From NCBI GenBank assembly GCA_044220955.1, contig JBGAQA010000072.1:21311-36144 (forward strand): a DNA stretch of 14,834 nt, read 5' to 3'. The notes beneath the pieces are model-generated. The model ran no database searches and had not been told where the DNA came from. It saw only the letters and a program-made list of their open reading frames with translations. Numbering within the stretch: the first letter of the stretch is position 1; each line of letters starts with the position of its first letter. This document shows, in pieces, positions 1 through 5,977 of this stretch. Position numbers and translations under genes: made by a program. The stretch comes from Sandaracinaceae bacterium (GTDB lineage: Bacteria > Myxococcota_A > Polyangia > Polyangiales > Sandaracinaceae).

Positions 1-2
1 AG

Positions 3-185
3 CCGCCGGAGATCCGTCCGCTCCGGCTCCGCGTGAGCGTCGCGGCGCTGAAGCGCGCGAGCTTCGCGATCGTGCCGGGCATCCGCCAAGTGAAGAAGAG
101 TCGCATCCTCGGTCCGGCCGGACGCCTGTCTGGCGCCGACCTCACGCGTCTGGACGCCGCGATCCGTGACTACCTCGGCGACTGA
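3..185 (+). CDS. PemK/MazF-family toxin, C-terminal part (5' end lies outside the window)
   Basis: Not in the ORF track. Manual translation of frame 3 gives PPEIRPLRLRVSVAALKRASFAIVPGIRQVKKSRILGPAGRLSGADLTRLDAAIRDYLGD*, matching the MazF C-terminal pattern (L..S.a....ir.v.k.Rl....G.l.......d.ai...Lg). Stop TGA at 183-185. Confidence 0.7.
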   Translation, partial: PPEIRPLRLRVSVAALKRASFAIVPGIRQVKKSRILGPAGRLSGADLTRLDAAIRDYLGD

Positions 186-270
186 CAGGCGAGCTGGACG
201 AACGACCTCCCGCGCGGAGATCCAGTGCGTCGCGGGAGGCGTCGCGCCCGCCCGAGGCGGAGACCACCCG

Positions 271-313
271 TTGCGAGCTCATGGTCACGAATGTTAGATT
301 TGTGACCATGAGC
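271..313 (+). promoter_or_regulatory. Promoter and palindromic operator of the phd-vapC operon
   Basis: -35-like TTGCGA (271-276) and extended -10 TGnTAGATT (292-300), with ATG at 308. Perfect 12-bp inverted repeat GCTCATGGTCAC (277-288) / GTGACCATGAGC (302-313) overlaps the -10 and start codon, as is typical of TA autoregulation. Confidence 0.7.
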
Positions 314-541
314 GTGCGGAAGCGTGAGCGGACCCTGCCTGCCGGGCGGTTCAAGGCCCAGTGCCTCGCCGTGCTCGACGAGGTCGAAGCGCGGGGAGGC
401 TCGGTCGTCATCACCAAGCGCGGCCGTCCGGTCGCGCGCGTCGTTCCGCTCCGCGTGGCCGGCGGCTCGCTCCGCGGATCGCTCGTGCACGAGGAGGATC
501 TCCTCGCGCCCGTCGGTGTCGCGTGGGAAGCGACTTCGTGA
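308..541 (+). CDS. Phd/YefM-family antitoxin
   Basis: MSVRKRERTLPAGRFKAQCLAVLDEVEARGGSVVITKRGRPVARVVP has the Phd/YefM signature (FKA..l.llDeV......vITKrG.PVA.lvP). Start moved from 281 to 308 because 281-307 is the operator and -10. Its stop overlaps the toxin start (GTGA). Confidence 0.92.
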   Translation: MSVRKRERTLPAGRFKAQCLAVLDEVEARGGSVVITKRGRPVARVVPLRVAGGSLRGSLVHEEDLLAPVGVAWEATS

Positions 542-927
542 TCGTCCTCGACACGCACGCCTGGGTCTGGTGGCAGACCAAGCCGGAGAAGCTCGGTCGT
601 GCCGCAGCGCGGACGATCACGAAGGCGGCGCGGATCGGGGTGCCGGCGATCTGCGCCTGGGAGGTCGCGATGAAGGCCGAGGCGGGGAAGCTCCGCTTCG
701 ATCGCCCCTACGACGTCTGGATCGACGAGGCGCTGGCCGACGACCCGCGCGTCGAGCTCCTGCACCTGTCGCCGCGGATCTCCGTCGCGGCCACGCGCCT
801 GTCCTGGACGCACGGAGATCCCGCCGATCGCTTCATCGTCGCGACCGCCCGCGTGCACGACGCGCCCCTGGTCTCCGCGGACGAAACGATTCGCGACGCA
901 CGTCTGGTCAAGTGCATCTGGGATTGA
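538..927 (+). CDS. vapC: VapC-family PIN-domain toxin
   Basis: From GTG 538: MIVLDTHAWVWW...AICAWEVAMK...HGDPADRFIVATA......LVSADE. The conserved acidic PIN residues are present; 129 aa; translationally coupled to the antitoxin. Confidence 0.93.
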   Translation: MIVLDTHAWVWWQTKPEKLGRAAARTITKAARIGVPAICAWEVAMKAEAGKLRFDRPYDVWIDEALADDPRVELLHLSPRISVAATRLSWTHGDPADRFIVATARVHDAPLVSADETIRDARLVKCIWD

Positions 928-996
928 TCAGCACCGCGAGAGGCCCCGGGGCTTCGAGGCCATTCGGGATGACGCACTGAATCAGGGTCCAGCGCG

Positions 997-1039
997 GGGC
1001 GTAGGAACGACGGGCGTAGGAAGGAGGGCGTAGGAAGGA
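997..1039 (+). repeat. Three tandem copies of the 14-bp terminal oriIS motif
   Basis: GGGCGTAGGAACGA (997-1010), C, GGGCGTAGGAAGGA (1012-1025), GGGCGTAGGAAGGA (1026-1039). The transposase-linked end carries only one copy (5746-5759). Confidence 0.9.
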
Positions 1040-1129
1040 TGAAGCACCTGTTTCCCCGCGCGAGTTGTCGTAACCCATGTTCTGCGAAGTCGTCCCGCGC
1101 GTCCAGGCCCTGCCCCAGGTGCCTGCGGA
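1026..1129 (-). repeat. Orphan 104-bp copy of the IS91/ISCR-like oriIS end (direct repeat of 5746-5849)
   Basis: Identical to 5746-5849 except C1061 versus T5781; offset 4720 bp. Contains the inverted pair GCACCTG (1044-1050) / CAGGTGC (1116-1122). Confidence 0.95.
1063..1090 (-). other. dif-like XerC/XerD recombination site, copy 1
   Basis: Minus strand reads ACTTCGCAGAA-CATGGG-TTACGACAACT (11-6-11). The arms match B. subtilis dif (ACTTCCTAGAA / TTATGTAAACT) at 9/11 and 8/11, and E. coli dif (GGTGCGCATAA / TTATGTTAAAT) at 7/11 each. Reference sites are from memory. Confidence 0.72.
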
Positions 1130-1863
1130 GCCGCCGAAGGCCGCGATCACGGCGTCGGTGAAGGTCCACGCGCCCGTCGAGGTCTCGCTCGCGCTCGACG
1201 AGCCAAAGCCCGCGCGCGGGGGCCCGCCACTGCGCGCCATCACCGCGTCTGCGATCGCGCCCGAGTAGCAGGTGTCGGCGAAGAGCAGCGCGCGACGCAT
1301 GCGGCCGCCCTCGACCGCGCGAACGATCTCGTCGTAGGCCAAGCACGACGTGCTGCTGTCGTCGCCGGCGTCGAAGGGCACCGCGTACGAGTCCCCCGCG
1401 TCGGTGCGATCGCCGTGGCCGGTCCAGTAGAAGAGAAAGGTGTCGTCGGGATGGGCGGAGTCGATCGCCGCGTGCAGGCCCGCGCGCGTGGCGGCCAGCG
1501 TCGCCTCGCGATCGTGGAGGTACGTGATGCGCTCGCGCGGGACGCCGCGACGGGCGAGCGTGTCCACGAGCGCCTGGTCGCGCCGCTCGGCGCGCGGAAA
1601 GCTCGCGTAGACGTCGCTGCGATGCCAGCGCAGCAGGCCGACGGCGAAGACCACCGTGCGCGCCGGATCCCAGACGATCGGGCTACCCTCGACGGGCGCC
1701 GTGGTCGTCGGCGGCGCCGCGGGCGGCGTCACCGCGGGCGCGACGAGCGAGCGATCCGTGCCGCCGAAGCAGCAGCCGCCGAGCGGGAGCAGGGCCGCGG
1801 TCGCCGCGGCGTCGCGCAAGAACCGGCGTCGGCCGATCGGACTCACGCCCTCATCATACGCCG

Positions 1864-1885
1864 CGCGGCAGCGACGTTCCCTCGC
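1864..1885 (+). repeat. 22-bp perfect direct repeat, copy 1
   Basis: CGCGGCAGCGACGTTCCCTCGC, identical to 5486-5507. Both copies lie between annotated CDSs. Confidence 0.92.
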
Positions 1886-1896
1886 CCATCAGACTC

Positions 1897-2244
1897 TCAG
1901 TCCAGGTCCATCGCCACGCGTAGGCCGAGCGCGATCGCCGCGAGTAGCTCGCGGGGCAAGGTGCCGATCTGCTCTCGGAGCTTGGCCCGATCGAGCGTCG
2001 TCACTTGGTGGCAGAGGGCAACCGATTCTCGGTTCAGACCGGCCGCGCCGCGCGGCACGCGGACGGCGGTCGGACCTCGTGCGGCCTGCGTCACGGAGGT
2101 CGAGAGCGGCACGACCACGATCGACTGCCAGTTCGCCGACGCGTTGAATCCATCGTGCGAGACGACGACGACCGGTCGTCGCCCTGATTGCTCGGACCCG
2201 GACCTGGGCTGGAGATCGGCCCACAGGACGTCACCGCGCTTCAC
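1897..2244 (-). CDS. mazF: PemK/MazF-family mRNA interferase toxin
   Basis: MKRGDVLWADLQPRSGSEQSGRRPVVVVS...IVVVPLST...GLNRESVALCHQVTTLDRAKLREQIGTL shows the canonical MazF motifs; 115 aa. Confidence 0.95.
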   Translation of the reverse strand: MKRGDVLWADLQPRSGSEQSGRRPVVVVSHDGFNASANWQSIVVVPLSTSVTQAARGPTAVRVPRGAAGLNRESVALCHQVTTLDRAKLREQIGTLPRELLAAIALGLRVAMDLD

Positions 2245-2528
2245 TTGGCGCGCCGGCTCCGACTGCGCGGTGCGCGAAGGTGCTCGACGCCGGCGCGCTC
2301 GAGATCCGGATCGAGATCCACACCCGTGCCGCCCCAGCGCTCAGCGTAAGCGCGGAGCTCGGCGTGCTGCGCAGAGCGTCGGCGGGCGTCGAGCCAGCCC
2401 TCGACGGCCTCCCGCACGATCGCAGTGGTCGGCCGTCCGCTGCGGCTCGACTCGGCACGGAGCTCGCGATGCAGTGCCTCCGAGAGGGGCAGGTGGAAGT
2501 TGCGGACCGAACTCGTGGCGCGCGCCAT
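2241..2528 (-). CDS. Ribbon-helix-helix (CopG-like) antitoxin of the MazF toxin
   Basis: RNFHLPLSEALHRELRAESSRSGRPTTAIVREAVEGWL fits the beta-alpha-alpha RHH pattern. It has an acidic C-terminal segment (DLDPDLE) and a 4-bp overlap with the mazF start. Confidence 0.8.
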   Translation of the reverse strand: MARATSSVRNFHLPLSEALHRELRAESSRSGRPTTAIVREAVEGWLDARRRSAQHAELRAYAERWGGTGVDLDPDLERAGVEHLRAPRSRSRRAK

Positions 2529-2562
2529 GCCATGATTTTATGCCATGCGATGCTGGCGTCAA
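2524..2562 (-). promoter_or_regulatory. Promoter and operator of the RHH-mazF operon
   Basis: Minus strand TTGACG (2562-2557), 16 nt, TAAAAT (2540-2535), 6 nt, ATG (2528). Three CATGGC direct repeats flank the -10 and overlap the start codon. Confidence 0.7.
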
Positions 2563-2618
2563 TCGAGTCGTCGCCGCCCCTGACGCCTCCTGAGAACGAG
2601 AGCGCTATCCTCATCGCG

Positions 2619-3011
2619 ATGTACCGCAACGTCGATCTCGAGCTCCGAAGCCGCGAGCGGCTCGACTCGCTCGTCACCGCGCTCGCCGACCGGGTGCTCG
2701 TCCTGCACCACTCGCGAGAGCGTCGACGGTCGTTCCTTTGCCTGACCGTGCACGGCAGCGGGCTCGACCGGTTGCCGGGACGCACGCTGCGGCGCTGGTT
2801 CGAGCTGCTGCGTGCGCTTCGGGGCGAGCCGCGTCGGCTGTTCCGCGCGTCGCGCGTCCTAGCCTCGATCGGCTACGAGGCTGACGAGGCGCACTCCACC
2901 GCTGTCGTGGTGGAGCCGGCCGACGTCGCGGCGCTCGCTCGGCTCGGTGTGGGGATCGAGGTCGTCGTGTACGCGCGCGACGACCGTCGAGACGCTCAGG
3001 CCGGCGGGTAG
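2619..3011 (+). CDS. Hypothetical protein (130 aa)
   Basis: MYRNVDLELRSRERLDSLVTAL...SIGYEAD...DVAALARLGVGIEVVVY has globular, protein-like composition. TATCCT lies 7 nt before ATG 2619. The upstream part of the 2280 ORF is antisense shadow of the antitoxin. Confidence 0.7.
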   Translation: MYRNVDLELRSRERLDSLVTALADRVLVLHHSRERRRSFLCLTVHGSGLDRLPGRTLRRWFELLRALRGEPRRLFRASRVLASIGYEADEAHSTAVVVEPADVAALARLGVGIEVVVYARDDRRDAQAGG

Positions 3012-3023
3012 AGCAGCCCGGAG

Positions 3024-3048
3024 ATGGGGGCGAACGAGGTCGCCCCAT
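3024..3048. terminator. GC-rich hairpin between convergent genes (possible terminator)
   Basis: ATGGGGGCGA-ACGAGG-TCGCCCCAT stem-loop with no clear U-tract. A 12-bp palindrome GCTCTGCAGAGC follows at 3068-3079. Confidence 0.35.
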
Positions 3049-3099
3049 GCTTCCTAGAGACGACTACGCTCTGCAGAGCACGACGATCGCAGTCCACCG

Positions 3100-5232
3100 T
3101 CAGGGGATCGTCCAGCAGCCGAGGTCGGCGATGCCGCCGGGCGCAGCGTCGGCCGTGGGGTCGGCGAGGTAGCGAACGTCGTAGGTGCCAGGGAGCACGA
3201 TCGCGCTCGTCGTGTTCAGCATCGCCGAGGCCGACGTCAGTGAGAGGACCGTGGGCGACACGCGCGTCGGGTCCTCGCCCCGACGTACGAGCACGATCGA
3301 CGCGGCGCGGCTCGCGGGGCTGGGCCCGAGGCCGACGACGCCGACGGCGAGGCTGACGCTGCGCGCGGGCACGTCGATCGCGAGCGTTCCGTCCGCGCTC
3401 ACGTCGAGCCCGTGCGTGATTGTCCCGCTCGTCACCGGCCACGGCGGGCTGGCCGCGGCGAGGTAGCGAACGTCGTACGCACCCGTGACGAGGTGCAGCT
3501 CGCGCGTCGGCGCGAGCACGTCGGCGGCGTAGTAGACGCTCGTGTAGTAGTCGCTCGCGCCGGGTGCTCCGCCCGCGCTCGGCGCGAGGTCGACGGTCGG
3601 CGAGCGGAAGTCGCGCGGGTCGACGGGGCGCGGGAGCAACGGTGGCGCGGCGCCCGCGAGCGTGATCGGCGTGGTGACGTCGACCGTCGTGACCGCGAAC
3701 GTGACGCTGCGATCCACCGTCACGATCAGATCCGGCGCGATCGGGTTGCTGAAGAAGCCGCCCGACGAGGGCCATCCCGTCGGGCAGCCCGAGCCGCTCG
3801 CGAAGGCGAGCGCGTAATGACTGGGCAGGAGCTCCGCGCTGCCCGACGGCGGCACGCCGCGATCGCCGAGCACGATGCAGCCTCCGGTCGTTGCGGTGGC
3901 GCCGTTCACGCTGACCGCGTAGTCGAGGGTGACCGTGGCGAGGTCGTAGCTCAGCAGGGTGTCGGTCGTGATGGTGCGCGCCGCCTCGAGCGATGCTCCG
4001 AACGCAGGCATCGCGCCGAACGCCGCCGGGGACCAGTTCTCGTACGACACGTCGAACGTCCCCGCGACGATCGCCACGCTCGCCGTCGAGGGCGTGAAGT
4101 GCATGCCGTCGGACGCCGCGTCGTAGAGCGGGAGCCGCACCTGATCGACCCCGCGCGTCAGCACGATCGTGGGGACGTAGTGACCAGGCGCCGTGAGATC
4201 CACGTCGGCGAGCGGCGCACCACGGAGTGTCGCCGTCGCGCTCACGTGCACGCGCGGGATGTCGATGCTCGGAGCCACGTCGTGCGTGACGTCGATCGTC
4301 CCGAGGGGTGCCCCGTAGCTCACTGGCCACGGCGTCGACGTCGACGCGATCCCTTCGCGGTCGTACGTCGCGACGTACGTGTCCGCCAGAACGCGTATCG
4401 CGAAGTCGCCCGTGCAGCGGCTCGTGCTCGCCGTGACGGTCTCGCAGAGCATGACGCTCGCGAGGCCTCCGTGCGCGCCGGTGAGCTCGATGAACGGCGT
4501 GGCGCGGTCGCTCGTGCTCGGCACGTCGGCGCCCGCGAGCGTGACCGTCAGATCCAGCATCGCGGTGTGGACGTCGATCGCGAGCGAGGTGCCCTCGGCC
4601 GGCACGACGACGTGTCCGACGATGGCGTCGCGCGCCATCGGGAATCCCGACCCCTGGGACTGGAGCAGCACGTCGTACGTGCCCGGCACGACCTGGAGCT
4701 GCATCGCGGGGATGGGCGTCGCTTCGGTCGCGCCGGCGGGCAGCGAGTACAGCGGGAGGTACACGCTCGGGGTCGTGGTGTCGGGCGCGAGCAGCGGCGA
4801 GCGCAGCTCGAGCGTCGGCAGAAAGACCGCTCCTGCGGGGGCGAGCGACGGGAGCGCGCCGCCGTCCATGGTCACGTCGATCGCGAGCGGCGCACGTCGG
4901 ACATCGAGCGCCACGCGCGTGCCCGTGCGACAGCCGCTCGTGCAGTGGCCGCTGCCGAGGTCGCAGACCATGCCCACCGCGCAGTCGCCGTCGCGCACGC
5001 AGCGCGTGCCGCAGACGTGAGGCATCGCCTCGCCGCAGGGCATCGACGGATCGCAGATACCGCACGCGAGCGTGGTCCCGCAGCCGTCGTCGACGTCGCC
5101 GCACTCGAAGGCGAGCGACACGCAGGTGCGCGGGCGGCACGCGTCCGGCGTGGACGCGAACGGAACGCGCGGCGGATCGCACGCGACGAGCGCGAGCGCG
5201 AGCACTGCCGACCACGCGAGGCATGTGCGCAC
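3100..5232 (-). CDS. Large Cys-rich lipoprotein with about six repeated beta-rich modules (710 aa)
   Basis: From GTG 5232: signal peptide and lipobox (LALALVAC), a myxobacterial-type Cys-rich block (CRPRTC...ECGDVDDGCGTTLACGIC), then recurring motifs VVPGTYDV, VLADTYVA, IVAGTFDV, LLPSHYAL, LVTGAYDV, VLPGTYDV. Confidence 0.8.
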   Translation of the reverse strand: MRTCLAWSAVLALALVACDPPRVPFASTPDACRPRTCVSLAFECGDVDDGCGTTLACGICDPSMPCGEAMPHVCGTRCVRDGDCAVGMVCDLGSGHCTSGCRTGTRVALDVRRAPLAIDVTMDGGALPSLAPAGAVFLPTLELRSPLLAPDTTTPSVYLPLYSLPAGATEATPIPAMQLQVVPGTYDVLLQSQGSGFPMARDAIVGHVVVPAEGTSLAIDVHTAMLDLTVTLAGADVPSTSDRATPFIELTGAHGGLASVMLCETVTASTSRCTGDFAIRVLADTYVATYDREGIASTSTPWPVSYGAPLGTIDVTHDVAPSIDIPRVHVSATATLRGAPLADVDLTAPGHYVPTIVLTRGVDQVRLPLYDAASDGMHFTPSTASVAIVAGTFDVSYENWSPAAFGAMPAFGASLEAARTITTDTLLSYDLATVTLDYAVSVNGATATTGGCIVLGDRGVPPSGSAELLPSHYALAFASGSGCPTGWPSSGGFFSNPIAPDLIVTVDRSVTFAVTTVDVTTPITLAGAAPPLLPRPVDPRDFRSPTVDLAPSAGGAPGASDYYTSVYYAADVLAPTRELHLVTGAYDVRYLAAASPPWPVTSGTITHGLDVSADGTLAIDVPARSVSLAVGVVGLGPSPASRAASIVLVRRGEDPTRVSPTVLSLTSASAMLNTTSAIVLPGTYDVRYLADPTADAAPGGIADLGCWTIP

Positions 5233-5281
5233 CCCTTCAGTATGGGCGCGGCGACCTCGCGTGTCGCGGAGCGGCGGCGCG

Positions 5282-5486
5282 TCAGACGGTGTCGATCCGG
5301 CGCAGCGAGCGTCAGCGTCGAGGGCCGGCGCCGCGCGGGGAACACGATGGCGCGCGCCACACGTCGCAGACACGCACGCGCGCGCGCCTGCGGCTCCTCG
5401 GTGACCGACACCGATCGCACCTGCCCCGACGCCGCGATCACGAGCGAGACTGCGGCGCCCTCGTGCGCGCCGGCACAGCGCCAGAC
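5282..5486 (-). pseudogene. 5'-truncated fragment resembling an AgmX/PglI (TonB_C-like) C-terminal domain
   Basis: VWRCAGAHEGAAVSLVIAASGQVRSVSVTEEPQARARACLRRVARAIVFPARRRPSTLTL fits the C...v.l.i..sG.V..v.v......C........FP pattern. It has no start codon and begins at the 22-bp repeat; its 3' end is uncertain. Confidence 0.55.
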
Positions 5487-5507
5487 GCGGCAGCGACGTT
5501 CCCTCGC
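5486..5507 (+). repeat. 22-bp perfect direct repeat, copy 2
   Basis: CGCGGCAGCGACGTTCCCTCGC, identical to 1864-1885. Confidence 0.92.
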
Positions 5508-5531
5508 TGGCTGTATGCTCCGCCGCCCTCG

Positions 5532-5753
5532 ATGATCGAGCTCCCCGCGCTGACGCTCGCCCTGCCGCTCGCGCTCGCTGCGTTCCTCGGGTTCTCGGTC
5601 GAGACCGTGCTCGGGTTCGGAGCGACGCTCATCACGGTGGCGATCGGCTCGTTCTTCGTCGATCTCGAGGCGCTCCTGCCCGCGATCGCGCCGCTGAACC
5701 TGATGCTCTCGCTCTATCTCGTGGCCCGCTACCACCGCGAGATCGGGGCGTAG
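5532..5753 (+). pseudogene. TauE/SafE (TSUP) family membrane protein, 3'-truncated by the IS end
   Basis: MIELPALTLALPLALAAFLGFSVETVLGFGATLITVAIGSFFVDLEALLPAIAPLNLMLSLYLVARYHREI is a TSUP N-terminus (GFG motif) of only ~71 codons, against roughly 250 aa for the family. The stop TAG (5751-5753) is supplied by the oriIS sequence. Confidence 0.8.
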
Positions 5754-5782
5754 GAAGGATGAAGCACCTGTTTCCCCGCGTG

Positions 5783-5810
5783 AGTTGTCGTAACCCATGT
5801 TCTGCGAAGT
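5783..5810 (-). other. dif-like XerC/XerD recombination site, copy 2 (37 bp inside oriIS)
   Basis: Identical 28-mer to 1063-1090, in the same orientation and with the same 6-bp spacer. Confidence 0.72.
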
Positions 5811-5977
5811 CGTCCCGCGCGTCCAGGCCCTGCCCCAGGTGCCTGCGGACGCGCGGACGAACGGCCTGTGGACGCGCGGAAGAACGCCTCGCGCGTCGCT
5901 CGCACGGTACGAAAGGACGCGGGACGCCGCGCGGACGGAGCCGTCCGTTCGCGCGGGCCGGCCGGCGTGCGCGTGCG

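Larger units (their letters stand above)
908..1846 (-). pseudogene. Tat-exported caspase-like (peptidase C14) lipoprotein, 3'-truncated at ~1130 and fused to oriIS read-through
   Basis: N-terminal RRRFL twin-arginine motif, lipobox LGGC, Pro-rich linker, His motif FLFYWTGHG and Cys motif LLFADTCYSG. After AVIAAFGG the translation (SAGTWGRAWTRGTTSQNMGYDNS...) is simply the 104-bp repeat. Confidence 0.82.

Noticed and set aside
206..239. CCTCCCGCG/CGCGGGAGG hairpin as an intrinsic terminator or ncRNA
   Set aside because: The 9-bp inverted repeat is real, but it has a 16-nt loop and no U-tract, so a function cannot be supported.
281..310. Another dif-like site in the phd palindrome
   Set aside because: The symmetry centre is odd-length and the arms do not resemble Xer boxes. 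Its position over the -10 and start codon fits a TA operator.
1077..1268. ORFs starting MFCEVVPRVQALPQVPA (1077 and 5797) as a duplicated gene
   Set aside because: The shared N-terminus is just translation of the non-coding 104-bp repeat.
3049..3056. GCTTCCTA as a third oriIS tip
   Set aside because: Only a 7-bp core matches, with no flanking similarity.
5302..5312. 11-bp match GCAGCGAGCGT to 7370-7380
   Set aside because: Too short to be significant in such GC-rich DNA.
186..5745. Integron cassette array (attC sites)
   Set aside because: I found no RYYYAAC...GTTRRRY sites after the genes and no integron integrase, and the genes are in mixed orientations.
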